Of a DNA stretch of 64,000 nucleotides, positions 23,803-36,273 are shown one piece after another. Made by a program: the position numbers and the translations under genes. Each line of letters starts with the position of its first letter. The stretch's first letter is position 1. Under the pieces are notes generated by a model. It was not told the origin of the DNA and did not search any database. It was given only the letters and a program-made list of their open reading frames with translations. Source of the stretch: Oikopleura dioica (Eukaryota; Animalia; Chordata). The DNA lies in the NCBI GenBank assembly GCA_907165135.1, contig OU015569.1, positions 5,332,001 through 5,396,000 of the forward strand. The letters run 5' to 3'.

Positions 23803-25780
23803 ATGAGAGTCTGGATTTTCTTTATCTCACTGGTGATTGCCCAGAGAAACGCAACCCTTGAATTTCAGCTGGCCAACTTGAGGAAAGGGTTACTTTTTAT
23901 AAGTTTGCTTTATCGCCGAATTAAAACGTTTTGCGACCCTTTAAGAGTGTCGCAAATTTTGCTGGCGAGCTGAAGATTTATATTGGCCGAAATTGTGAAA
24001 CAAATGTTCAGTCAGGAAGAACTTGTGATTACCTTTATCAAGGAAATGTTACGTATCCTCAAAATGTCGGGTTAACAATCAATCGAGGTCATTTTTACCA
24101 GCTTCCAGATCTTGTTGAGGATGACGACTTGATCATCTTTACTTACCGTGACTCTGACGAAGCTATTTTTCGTGGAATAAGGAAAGAGTGCGACAGATAT
24201 GGTTCTTTCTACTGTGATGCCGGCGGATATGTATTTTCAAAGCAGTTACAGTGAAAACTCAAGTTGCGCCTTCGAAAATTCGCCCGTTTTTTACCGTTAG
24301 TAGGAAAATTTTTGGTATCCTCGGTCTACTAAAGTTCACACTCTCTGGTTGACTTCTCCTCCAAACCGGAATTCTTGAGCAAACTGATATCATCGAGCTC
24401 TTCAATACAAAGTCCGGATTCACTCAGTCTCCCGTGAGTGCTGATAAAGTAGGAAATTTTTGATTACGTTTTAATAAATTCTGTAAGTATTTAGTCTTTG
24501 ACTACGATGCAAGAAACTATGTTTGTGCATCTTGGTATCCAAGAGGCACTCGTTGTGTTTGGGACGTTACATTCGACCTTGGCGCGAAAACAATGAGTTA
24601 CTCGGCTTCTCTGATCTCTGGGAAGGATGGTTCGACGACTTCTGTAAGTTTCGATGGAAGACATAAAGACGCAAAAACTATTCTAGGGTGGAGTATCGGG
24701 AGGCTCTAAAATCAGTCTGAAAACTAGTGAAACCGATGCAGAGACTTACCGAGGCGCCAAACTGAATTTCTACCATGCCTTCAATTGTGATTCTGACTCT
24801 TGTGAGTACGTCAAGGCTGGTGAAATCCAACCAACTGCCAGAAATACAACATACGAGTTGATAATTTCAAAAACTTTTGCGGGGCCGGAAATCGTAAAAA
24901 CTGCTAGTGCAGTTTTCTTCAGCTCATCGAGACGAGTCGAATGATGGGTCTAACTCATGATAACTCTAATGATTTACCGGTTTACCGGCCGGTTACCGGA
25001 AAATACGTTGTCACCGGCCGTTTTTGTTCTAGAAGTGATAAACAGATGATTGACCCCGAAAAATGTTCCTTATAGTCAGTTCTACTGCAGGCTAAAAGAT
25101 GAGAGTCGTATCATTACTCCGAAGAGAGTTATCACTAGAATACTATTTCTGGCGCAAATGGGACTAGAAATCAGGAACGTGCAGCGACAACGGAATTTAT
25201 GCAAAATTTACTGTTTTTAGTGATAACTCTCTTCGGAGTAATGATACGACTCTCATCTTTTAGCCTGCAGTAGAACTAACTATAAGGAACATTTTTCGGG
25301 GTCAATCATCTGTTTATCACTTCTAGAACAAAAACGGCCGGTGACAACGTATTTTCCGGTAACCGGCCGGTAAACCGGTAAATCATTAGAGTTATCAGGA
25401 GTTAGACCCATCATTCGACTTGTCTCGATGAGCTGAAGAAAACTGCACTAGCAGTTTTTACGATTTCCGGCCCCACAAAAGTTTTTTGAAATCATCAGTT
25501 GGAATTTCCAGCGATGAATTTTGCTTCTGATCGATTAATCATGGATACAAGACATGGAACCCTGATGCGAATCAGTGATTTGAAATTTTCAGCCGGTGGA
25601 ACTGTTTATGACCTCCTTGATTTCAACAAAGCCGAGGGAGGTTCTAAACTTGGTTCTTTTACAGTCGATATATCAGTAATAACAGTAGATCCCCTTGCGT
25701 CAATTACAGTAAGTTTATATTTTTCCCATTAAAGGTTATCTGAATTTTAGACTGTTTCTACGATCTTGTATTCGATATAA
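23803..25780 (+). CDS. Uncharacterised secreted-type protein; one exon interrupted by a foldback element
   Basis: Signal-peptide-like start MRVWIFFISLVIAQ, several open exons with GT-AG boundaries, and frame restored (..TTYELEFPAMN..) when 24860-25500 is removed; stop position uncertain. Confidence 0.55.
24860..25496. mobile_element. 637-bp foldback element (about 280-bp near-perfect inverted arms, about 80-bp spacer)
   Basis: 24860-25137 is the reverse complement of 25218-25496 with few mismatches; flanking direct repeat AGTT at 24856-24859 and 25497-25500. Confidence 0.9.
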
Positions 25781-25904
25781 ACGCGAAAACTGTATACACA
25801 GAAAAACCTTTGATTGAAGGGATTTAACTTTGAAATAAACGAGAAAATTTCTCTAGAATACAGTAATTTGGCAGTATAAATACCTGTTTTTAAGTTCTTT
25901 TGTT

Positions 25905-26083
25905 GGCACCCGGGTGGCCCGTTGGTTAGCGCCCAACGCTGCGGCTCGTGAACGTACGAGATCGTATCACGCTTGAAGCAATGTCTTCTCGGGGAAACCC
26001 GACTTCTCCCTGGGCGAGCGCCCTCTAAAAAACTCGCTCGGGTAGCCTCGTGTGGAGTTTCTCAGGGAAACCCCTGAGTTTTT
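25905..26083 (+). ncRNA. tRNA-headed structured Pol III-type unit (SINE-like or ncRNA)
   Basis: TATAAATA about 25 bp upstream; A-box-like TGGCCCGTTGG (25915); degenerate B-box GAGATCGTATC (25958); three downstream hairpins; ends in TTTTT. Confidence 0.45.
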
Positions 26084-26171
26084 CGTCTTTCACAATGTAT
26101 GGTCACATTAACAACATGTTTTTTCGTGAGCAAATAAGCAATTACTAATAAACTGTCATTTAACTCATATA

Positions 26172-26374
26172 CCATGATTCTCATTTCTGACTGACTAAAT
26201 TTAATTTCTATTGTTCTCCGCTAATTAGCCAATCAGAGTCCGATTACTGAAAGGACCCCCGTCACTCAGCAATTTATGTCACAACGCAACGCGTTCGCCC
26301 TATGTTTTTAACATTGAAAATGTGACATAATTTGACTGACTGGAAATTCCGTCAGTCAGGAATGATAATCGCGG
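26172..26374. mobile_element. Diverged TA-flanked MITE, same family as 29130-29346 in opposite orientation
   Basis: Imperfect termini CCATGATTCTCATTTCTGACTGAC / GTCAGTCAGGAATGATAATCGCGG flanked by TA; internal CCTATGTTTTTAACAT is near the reverse complement of a segment of the other copy. Confidence 0.7.
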
Positions 26375-27649
26375 TAGCATAAATTATAAGATAAAAATAT
26401 TTTTCATCGCGACTGGCGCGAAGCCTCGCCCGAGCACAAAACAAGCGTTTTCTCGCCCGACACACGGTCATGGATGGCCCGTTGTGCACTTCCCAAGTTC
26501 CCAACGTAACAAATCTCAAAGCCGCGAGTTCGAATCTTCAGGCTCCCAGCGTTTATCGCAGTCGCGTTGAACGATGATTGTTGAATGATCGAATCTCGGA
26601 CAGGAAGCGCGTCACGGACGCCATTCTACTCCGATCTGAAACGCTATGATCTGATACTGACTATGATCTGATATTAAATATGCGGATAAAAAGAATCGTA
26701 TTCGCAAAAATAAAAACTCGCCTTTGCGGCTAGTTCTCCTCAATGGGAGTTTTTTCATAGATTTTTCCTTCCCGCCGACTTGATCTAAGATTGCGAATTC
26801 AGCGAAAACCGACCGAATTCGTTAAAAATAGAATTACAAGAACGTAGATTATCGCGCGATTTCAGAAAGGGACTCTTCCTTGATTTCATGAGCGCAGTGC
26901 GGGCCGACAAGACTTTTGTTTTTCTCGTTGTGTTAGAATGTCGAAATCGACATAATCCCGCAGACTTCGAAGGTCAGTTTGAGTTCGATAAGAGGCTGCA
27001 GGAGACCCTGATAGCCGTTCGAGGTAGATAATTCTTCTTTGTGTCCCGATAATTGATTCAATTCGAAGAGCAGAAACGCATCATGCTCATTGAGGCTCCT
27101 TTTCAATATACGGTCGGAATACGGTCTTTGAACTCTAAGTTGAATAAAACTCCGCGCTGCGCTTCATCTTATAATTCGCCTACAACACTAAATAGAACGG
27201 CTGGAAATTTCACTATTTCAAGTTGAAATTTTCAACAGATTCTAATTTACTGAGACGAATGAAGAGCCTATCAGGAGAAGAGGAGAAGCGTACTCAACGA
27301 AATATGCCTATATCAAGCACGTATAATGGAACAGTCCGAATTAAATTACGTTCCAAATTATTACTATACCTTCTTCTTTTTCATCTACAAAGCTACATCT
27401 CCTAAAGAAGATACAGAAGAATTTATCTTATTGATTGCAGAAGACACTCTTTCGTATTTTATTTTAGACTTTTTACATGAAAACCAATTGCTGTGTTAGT
27501 CAGAACTTCGTGTGTCGGCTAACTTGTGGCGTTGGTAACACTGTCATTGGCCATTCTGTCATGTCAACGTCCTCCCTACTAGAATTTCGTCAACTAGCGG
27601 TTTTCGAGTTTTTACCTTGGAGTTGAGGGCTCTGATATTGATTCTTGCT

Positions 27650-29370
27650 TTTCTAATATGTTTGCCATTGAGGAAGCAAGAGCCTTTCGATGTCCGTGGT
27701 TGCTTGGTTCTGCAGATTTCGTTCGGCAAAGAGTCTTCTTAGTTGTAGCGATGGATTTTCTAGGTTTTCATTAGAAAAAATATCCCGCAAAACATTCACA
27801 CAGAGAAAAGCACTCTTAAAAAAATCACTCAAAAACATACTCGAGTACTAGCGGAGGAGGAGCATTTTTAATTCTAAAAAGTTTAAATTTAAGTTCAGCT
27901 CTTTAGCTCTTACTGTTTTTCCAGTGGAGGCTTATTGGATTGACTTGATAGGCATTGTTCTAACTCGTTGATTCGTTCCTGCTTGTTCTGTATTTCCAGA
28001 GTGTAGGGGAGAGCGATACTCATCTGGTACTCTTCAGATTTTATGTGTTCGATTTCTCGCCTTAACGTTATATTTTCAGTCAGCATTTGATCTAATCAAT
28101 TATCATACTTAGCGTCAGCTAGCTCATTTTCTAATCGTTTTCGGTCTGTTTCGAATGATTCTATTTCTTCTACAAGATTTCGATTGTCTGTTCTGTAAAA
28201 ATCCACCTATAAGGACAATTCACAATAGGATGGAGTTTAAAAACTGACCTCCTCTCTCTTTCTGCTAAGCTTGAGCTGTAATCCTTCGTTCTTCTCCTGA
28301 TAAGAGTCTTTGTCCTTCTTGACTGACATGATATTCTGACGTAAAGATTCGGCTCGTTCTTCTGCTGATTTAAGTTTTCTCCGAAGTTTCTCATTTTCAG
28401 TACGCGTTTTTTCTTGCTCTCGAGAGGAATTACGAATGACACTGAAGATTTCTGTTACCGTATCTTACAATCCGAGTTGCTGTATTCTAAGTCTGGATTC
28501 CAATCCAGAGCTTCGAACTGTTTGAGTCAGCTGGATTGAAAGTTTGCAAACTCAATAGACGTATGTCAGGTAGCCAGAAAATCACTTGGCCTGACGTTCG
28601 AATATTTTCCAAATACATACCGACGTGCGTAGCCAACTTGCTCTTCCAAGCATCTTTGATCTAGCTGAAGCTCTATCACCGCGTTTCGCAAAATACAATT
28701 TTGTTCTCTTTCACTTTCGAGGTCTTTCTTTTTTATGTTCAAATACAATGAAGTTGTTTTTTGGATAACTTGAATTCAAACTAGATATCCGACTCCAATA
28801 TCACCAAGATTGATATTACAATATAGACTGATATTATATATGCCGATAATCGGCTTACTTAATTTTTTTGTAAAATATATTTTTGCTTGAACAAGTTCTA
28901 AACTTTCCAGTAACTCCTCAATTAAGTTTTCAAAAGAATAATTTTCTTTGTCATTGTCACTCGTCTGTAATGAAGTCAATTTCGAATAGTTTTTTTGTAT
29001 TCTTTAAACTTAACTTGAAACTAGACTTTTGCCCTGACTTTTGCGCGACTTCTGCGACTACTATTTGTTCTTTAATTTTATGTTGCCAGTGACTCTCGAG
29101 TTTCAGGCACTTCTGGCACTCTTCTTGTACCGCGATTGGCAGTCCTGACTGACTGATTTTTGAAAGATGCACATTGACGTTACAATTCTCCATGCTAAAA
29201 ACATAGGAGATTTGTAACGTAGATTGCGTAGGCGTCACTGGTTTGACTGAACTCTCAAAGAAGAGACACTAGAGTCAAATTTTAATTGGTTGATTAGCTA
29301 TTTCACTCGAAAATCAGAATCAGTCAGTCAGAAATGCCAATCGCGGTAGTTTGTTCTCTGCGTTTTCCAT
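27650..29370 (-). pseudogene. Degenerate intronless coiled-coil reading frame with many stops/frameshifts and a MITE insertion
   Basis: Consecutive helical fragments (MENAENKLQEECQKCLKLE.., ..ENLIEELLESLE.., ..LRNAVIELQLDQRCLEEQ.., ..LTENITLRREIEHIK..) broken by stop codons. Confidence 0.45.
29130..29346. mobile_element. 217-bp Tc1/mariner-type MITE with TA target duplication
   Basis: About 29-bp inverted termini CCGCGATTGGCAGTCCTGACTGACTGATT / AATCAGTCAGTCAGAAATGCCAATCGCGG; TA on both sides; removal restores the minus-strand frame ..AAA CTA CAA GAA.. Confidence 0.88.
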
Positions 29371-30293
29371 GTCTGGCGTGCTCTTTCCGGAATGAAAAGA
29401 GTTTGATTAACGGATTGTTGTTACAGGATTATGAGTAATAATTAAATTACAAAAGGCGCCACTAGACTAAAACTAACGTTCTGGACCAATATTTATTTAA
29501 TTAGCTCAAGTGGCGCAGTACTCATGGTCATATCTCTTCCATTATTGCCCTTCTATCGCCCCTTTACTTAAAAATCACTGAATTTCCTTTAAAATTTGCC
29601 CTGCAAATAAATCATAATTAAGTCATAAATCCCTGTCTTTAAAACTGCCCCTGAAAAAAACTCTAGTGTCTTGAAACAGTACATAATCTGATTGAGTCCA
29701 AGTGCGTCTGTTGAAAAATGGTTTTCCATACTCAACAGATATTTGTTTTTTTTCTTAGGCGCTTTTATTCTTCTCAGTATACGTTTGCGCAAAAGGTTTG
29801 GCAATTGAACTTGACAAGAAGTTCTATAACATTATATTTAATTGGTCGTTTAGTTGGTACATGTGTTTTTCAGGCCAAGAAGATCAGGCACACATAAGAC
29901 AAGTTTTTGGAAATTAGCTTCGTCGAGTTGTTCTTCTCTAGCCAAAGCACGGTTTCTTTTGGTGAGACAAGAGCAAATGGCGAAAAAGGGGGAATCTGAA
30001 TCAGGAAATGATCCGGTAACGAAGAGAAAGGTGAATGATCCTAGAATGTCTGCCAGAAGGTAGATTCTTGAGGTGAATGCGAAATGAATTATAACTTAAA
30101 AAATAACGACTATTCGGACCCGATTATCTGATAGGCCCTGCAATCTCGGTTTGTGATCACATAGCTCGGGCTCAACTTTAAGGGAGTGAGGGTCGCAAAC
30201 TGAAAGAATATGTTTGTAGAATGGAAATAGAATAAGGGTTTAAGACGGCGATGGTTTGTTTAGAATTTTTTAATTTAAGAATTGTTTTCGTAT

Positions 30294-33200
30294 TTACAGC
30301 TGTTGTGAACTAGGCAGTTGGGAGTTTAGCTGTCCAACACGCGAGGTGAGCAAGATGAGCGAGCGGTGCAGCTCGGCGAGCGCGGAAATATGGTGCGGCA
30401 GCGCGCTCCGACTCATCACACGCCCCGCCGGTTTCATCGAAAGCCATGAGAGGCGCTCCAGGTTCTCGACAATGTAGCGCAGACAGATTTGCGTGCAGGA
30501 CTTGTCTAATGCATGCAGACTTTCTTGTATGTCCGACGATTTCGCCTTCAAGCAAGGGTCAGATAAAGGTCAATAAGGAACGGTGCTTACTTGGATGTGA
30601 AGAGCGACTCTGAGGGTAGTAGGCTCGTTCTTGTTTAGAGGCCCGAACCATTGAGGCATGCCGATTGGCATAAGAGCTTGACTGATCCAGAGCGCGACGG
30701 AAAGTGGCTGGTGCATCAGCTCGATGCAGTTTTCTCCATCTTCGCTTCCAGCTGCTCCACCCATATTTTCACCGACGATTTCGTCAGCCAGTCCTTTCAC
30801 TGAAAAAAACATTAGATCCCCTGTTCGTTACATTCTAGTTGGAAACTCGATAAGAAAGCATTTCAAAATTGCTTCTATGGTTACTCACGGTCTTCATTTT
30901 CATCGTCATTCATTGCATCTGTCCATCCAAGGTCGAGTCCGAAATCATCGTTTTGATTTGCATTGTTTTTCTCATCGCCAGTACTTTCTCTGGCACTAGG
31001 TGTTGTTGCGAAAACGGCTATATGTGCTGATTGAACTTCTTCGGGTTTCAAGGTGGCTAGTTTTGACTGGCTGATCGCTTTGTAAGTTTTCTTTGGGTCT
31101 TGAACGATTCTGATTGTTGCATCCGGCTCGATCGACGTAAGGTACGCTTAATTAACAGTTTGACTAAGCAAAAACATTTCTATCTTACCAGAAACAAGAG
31201 AGAGCTTGTGAGAGCTCAAACTCGACTTGTTCGCTCGTTGTGTCCAATTGGACCATCTGGCAGATACTTGCATCAGCTTTGCCCATTCATTGGTTTCGCC
31301 GAAACCAAGTCGGCCTATACGAGAGACGACGACTCGTAGCTGGCCCTCGCTGAACGTCCTGTCTGCGAACTCTTTCGTGAATTCCCAGACTTTGCTCAGC
31401 GCTTGTTGAATCAGACAGTATTTTTCTGGCGCCTGCTTGTCAAATATCTAAATCGTATTTAAGCTTCATGATTAGCTTTTTTCTATCATAATTTCTATTC
31501 AAATGATAAATATATGCCGCGAAAATATTCGTCCGCTACCTTGCTGGGACGTCAATCGCGATAACATTTGTCTCCAGATGTTTTCCAAAACTATCAGTGC
31601 ATGAAACCAGTACCCATCTAAAGAGGAGACATATTAATCATGCTTTCCGAATGATGGTTACCGTTGATCCTGAGACGGAAAGTAAGAGCAATAAATAACT
31701 TGCTGGTAGCTCTCAGTTTCAGCCGAGAAGTCGGGCTCAGGTTCTCGTAATGTTATTGATGGATTTTCATTGCTCTCCGTGTAGATCACAGCCTTCTTCT
31801 CGATTCTGTCTTTCGTAGGACCGAAACCAGTGAAAGACTTTTCCGGTTTGAGTGCTTTATCAAGCGGAGTTAAACACTAGAAGCATTGAAAAAACACACG
31901 TGTAATCTGACAAACCTGATTAAACGTCTCAAGCGAGATTTTTTCCAAGAACTGGGTGTCGGCCGTCGCTAAGAAGCTCGCTGGAATGAATTTGAACTGG
32001 GTACGAGACTTCCATTGCTCAGGCAACGCGCGCATCATGTTTTCACGATCGCGTACCTCTAGGAGATCCTTGGGGTGCTCGGCGTCTTTCGCTTGCGAAG
32101 GCTCGAATACATACACGATAAGTTGACTGATATCTCCGTCGATAAGAGTTTTGTTCTTCGGGTGATCTTGATTCAAGGAAATTTGATGCCGAGTTTTATT
32201 CTTGCTTACCTGGATTCATCAGCTCAGCCCTTTGTCTACTCTGATCATAGCCCGGTCCATGGCGGTCCTGGTCCAGCTGCGCAGCGTGCTTCGACCAGTC
32301 AAGGCCATACTGCTTTTTAAAATGGAGACTTTGAAGGATCGGCGACACCTGATTCGTGAATGTCTTTCGGTACCGGTCAGAAAAAGAAGTGGTGTCCTGC
32401 ACAAGGCGGATAAAATTGTCGGACACTTTGCGCGTTTTGCGTGAATGAGATATCGGCAGTGGAAGCGGCTTGTGAGTGCCGAAGTTGTTCCGCGTGTAAG
32501 CCGAAGATAGCTCTTGGAACCATCTAAATAACCAAATGACTCCTGAGAAATGATAGTTCAACCTACCTTTTCGCTTTGCTCAGGATGACGTCTGAATTTG
32601 GCAAAATGACGAGATAATAGACGTTTTTCTTCATTCCCACGGGCGCGAGCGAGAGTTCTCGGCTGAATTGGATAGAGTTCGGCGCAGCGTGGAAAAGCTC
32701 ATTGTGCACAGATGACGACATCGACTGGAGCTGCGGGACTGGAAGTGCCTCTGTCTCGTCACTAGCGGTCCTTCGCCCGGCGCGAACTAAGCCAGACCAG
32801 TTTAGCGGTCCTTCTACGCCAGGCTTTTGGATTGCTTCTTGTAAAATCGGCCGGAGATATCTTTAATTATGTTTATGCCTCTCGTACTTAAATTATTTTG
32901 ACTAACCCTAGAAGGCGAACAACTTCGGATGTCGGAGCTTGCTGCAGTGCGTCTTGATAAGGCAGTGAGTATCTTGTGACGACGTCTTGCGACACATCGT
33001 GTCCGAAATGAAGAGAGTTGTCACGGTCAGACGCTGCCTGCTGCACAGCCGACCGAGCATTCTTCAGAGCGTCGCCCGTTGCATTGCACGCGTCCCAGAA
33101 TAACGCATAATTGAGAATATAAGGATGAGGAAATTCGTTGGCATCGGCTGTTGTCATGTTTCTCTAAAAGAATCGGGGGTAGTCAGGAAATTTCGTTGTC

Positions 33201-36200
33201 GCTACTTACGCTTTTGGTTGTTTCTATGATAACTCGAAGCATTTTTGCAACGACATTGAGCTTGGGCTTGTTAACACCAACATTGCCGCCCTTTCCAAGT
33301 ATCTCAGGTGTTGTTCTTAAACTGTCGTCGAGGAAACAGCGTTGGTTTGCGAGAACAACATCGTCTTCTATCTTTTCGCCAGCCATTTTGATCTCGTCCT
33401 CTAAGAAAAGCCCACCCCAGGTGCCGATCGCAGATGATCGCATCGCTATTGCTGAGAATCCACAGCTACAAATGTCGTCTTCATCCATATTCGTGGCGCC
33501 TTTTATTTTCATTCCTGAAGTAATAAGTAAGAATAAACCAGAAAGACAGGGCGATAAAAAACATTCTTGCGAGAAATTCTTTATAAATAGATTGATGCAT
33601 TTATAAAGCAGCATTATCGATTTATGCTTACCTATCAGGTGTCCATCAGATCCCAAATAATTTGACTTGCAACTGCATAAAGGCGCTTGTATAAAGTTTC
33701 TATCACGGTGAGCGTCTAACACAGAGTCGCTCAAAATAAGATTCAGCAACAGTGCGCTGGCTTCTGGTAGACTTGCTACACCGCGAATGCCAACAGAGCC
33801 AGGGCCCGATTTGCCCGGTGTAAGACAGCTTCGAGGTGTGCGGGGAGTTTTCGGAGTTCGAGGGGCATTGAAATCGCGTGAATGACTTGCATGGCTCGCG
33901 GGACTTGGAGGAACGACGCCAGGAGATCGATGGTTCATGGAAAGTCGCGTAGATCCTGGCGTGTGCGGATAGGTTCCCACGGACGGCGGACCACCAACCG
34001 AATGTGGGTTCTGATAGCCAGGGGTCGTCGGTTGCCCCGGAGTCTGTGGCGCGTGACCCGGAGTGCCAGGGCCACCAGAGATACCAGGCGTTCGTGGAGC
34101 TCCAGGAGTATTCGGGGGACGCACACTTGTCGGCTGCTGAATGTGCACTTGAATCTGTCGCCTGTAGGCTTCTTGTCCTTGCGCGTTCAGCTCTTTTTCT
34201 TTCATTCTTTGCTTAAACTTGTGACTGATTGATCCGTCTTTCCAACTAGGCTTGTAGTTAGGAGCATTAGAGTGAGAGTGTGTGATTGATTCATCGTCTA
34301 GTCTTATGGCTGCGAAGACTCCTTCTTCGTCTGTCTTCGTGCCAGGCTCTGGGTCAGGATCAGGCGTTAACATTGTCGACGAATCAAGAAGAAAGGTCGA
34401 GACTTCAGAGGGATCCTTTTTTATGCGTTGCGTTACATGACTTGGACTCGGATGGCTCAATTTCGAAGTATAATATCTAGATTTGCTTAATCCTGGACGA
34501 TCGTCAGGACTCGGCGTGAGGATATTTAGCTCGTACGTATTCTCGTCTGGGTCGTTTTCTTTGACACTAAGTCGTTTTTCGGAATATCCATTATTTATAG
34601 CGTTAGTAAGCGAAATGGGATTATGGTGATCCATCATACTTCCATTCGAATCGAAGGGATTAGGTTCGGTTTTGGTTGGTGATGGCTCGTAAAGGGTTTC
34701 CTTGGGCGCCTTTTTTGCCGGCAAAATGTCATTGGACTCGCTAATTCGAGCTTTCTTCAATCTTTTACGCGGCTTGAACTCTGGAAATATCTCATTATTT
34801 GAACGATTAGTGGAGAAGTAAAGAGTGTCGTCATCGGCGATGTCGTCGACCTCAAGCTTTGGGCGACAACGGTCGCTCTTGAGGGTCAAGCCATTCGGTT
34901 CGACGGGAAGCTTGAGCCCGTTCCAACAGGGCACCGTTGGTCGATAATAAATTGGAGAGGGAGAATCACCCATAACATCCTTCACGTCATCGACTTCTGT
35001 CGGCGTCGCGGGCGAGTTTGAGGATTGCGTCGTTGAATTGGTTGGAGGATTTGATTCGGGTGCAGTAAGTGAGTCGGCGTTAACGACCTCATCCATGATG
35101 AATTCGGAGCGACGCTGGCCTTCGTTATTGCGCTTGTGGAATGGAGACTTATGCTTTGGCCAGCGAGTGGTTCTCTTGACGGAGGACTTTTCAGAGCGTC
35201 GGCAGCGCCGATCAACGAAGGAAGGGACGACCTCTACCATGTTTGACTGGTTGACGGACGTCGGAATGTTACCATTTGCCATTGGACGGGGGAAGAGGTC
35301 GATCGCCGCACTCTTTGCAACCTCACGCACGACATTCTCAATCTTTGCCTTCTCGGGCTTCAATTTTGGAAGATTAAGCTCCTCTGGATCCTGTGGGACA
35401 AAGACCAGCCGTGCTGGGTAGACAACTCGAAAGGCAGAGACGGTACTGCCTAGTGCCAGTTCGACGGCGAATGGCTCTTCTTCATCGTCATCGCGTGTTG
35501 TAGCAGGGAATGCATAAGGATAAAACTCGAGCCAAGAGCTCCAGGAGTCATTCGCCAAACTCACATCGTGATGGTGCTTGCGAAGAAACTTCCCAGAGAA
35601 AAAGCCGCGCAGACCCCAGGGCGCGCAGATTACTTCTATCGGATGGATCTCAGACTGCAGAGACGAGTTCGAGGGACGTAATCGCTTCACAGCCGGTGCC
35701 TGGCCAGGCTCTATCGAGCAACAAACGTTCGATCCATTGAGAAAGAAGCTAATCGAAAACGCTGATTTGGAGATATTGTCTCCTTCTGGCGTTCTGAAGA
35801 ACCAGCGACCCATTCGTGTCCATCCTTCGGCGCACAACTTGCGCTCGACAGAGTTGTGCAGAGCCTTGAATAAAAGGGTGCGTTGAACATAAGGCATTCC
35901 ATCGCTGTTCGTTCCCGAGTACTCGAAGATTTTCTCGTCCGAGTTCTCCAGACCCTTCTCTTTGAAGGATTCTAAACCCAGTTTTCATTCAGCATTTATA
36001 GAAAGTACTACCTAGCAAAGCTGGCTTGTCGCCCCACCAGAAGCACCAAAGCTCTTTCTTGTGTTCGCTCGACGGTGTTTCCTTTTCTCGCCCGCCCTCC
36101 ATGGGCCGGCGCCAGGTGCAGAGGATTCCCTCGCGCATGCATTTGGCGAAGGCGGAGAGGATCGCATCATCCCCTGGAAGACAGGGGAGCGTATTCGCGA

Positions 36201-36273
36201 AGCTATACTTCGTCCATTTGATGCCCGGCAGATCGACAAGCTTGAACACATTGGTGTGCGCATCAGGAAGCAT
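30294..36273 (-). CDS. MED13: Mediator complex subunit 13
   Basis: N-terminal HTNVFKLVDLPGIKW..ILCTWRR..ELWCFWWG; LLLNLILSDSV; CSCGFSA; LRPILQEAIQK; C-terminal LERLSWL..RSALPHH. Confidence 0.9.

Noticed and set aside
33151-35886. Numerous antisense ORFs over MED13, CTR9 and other long exons
   Set aside because: Shadow frames of real coding exons with no independent motifs.
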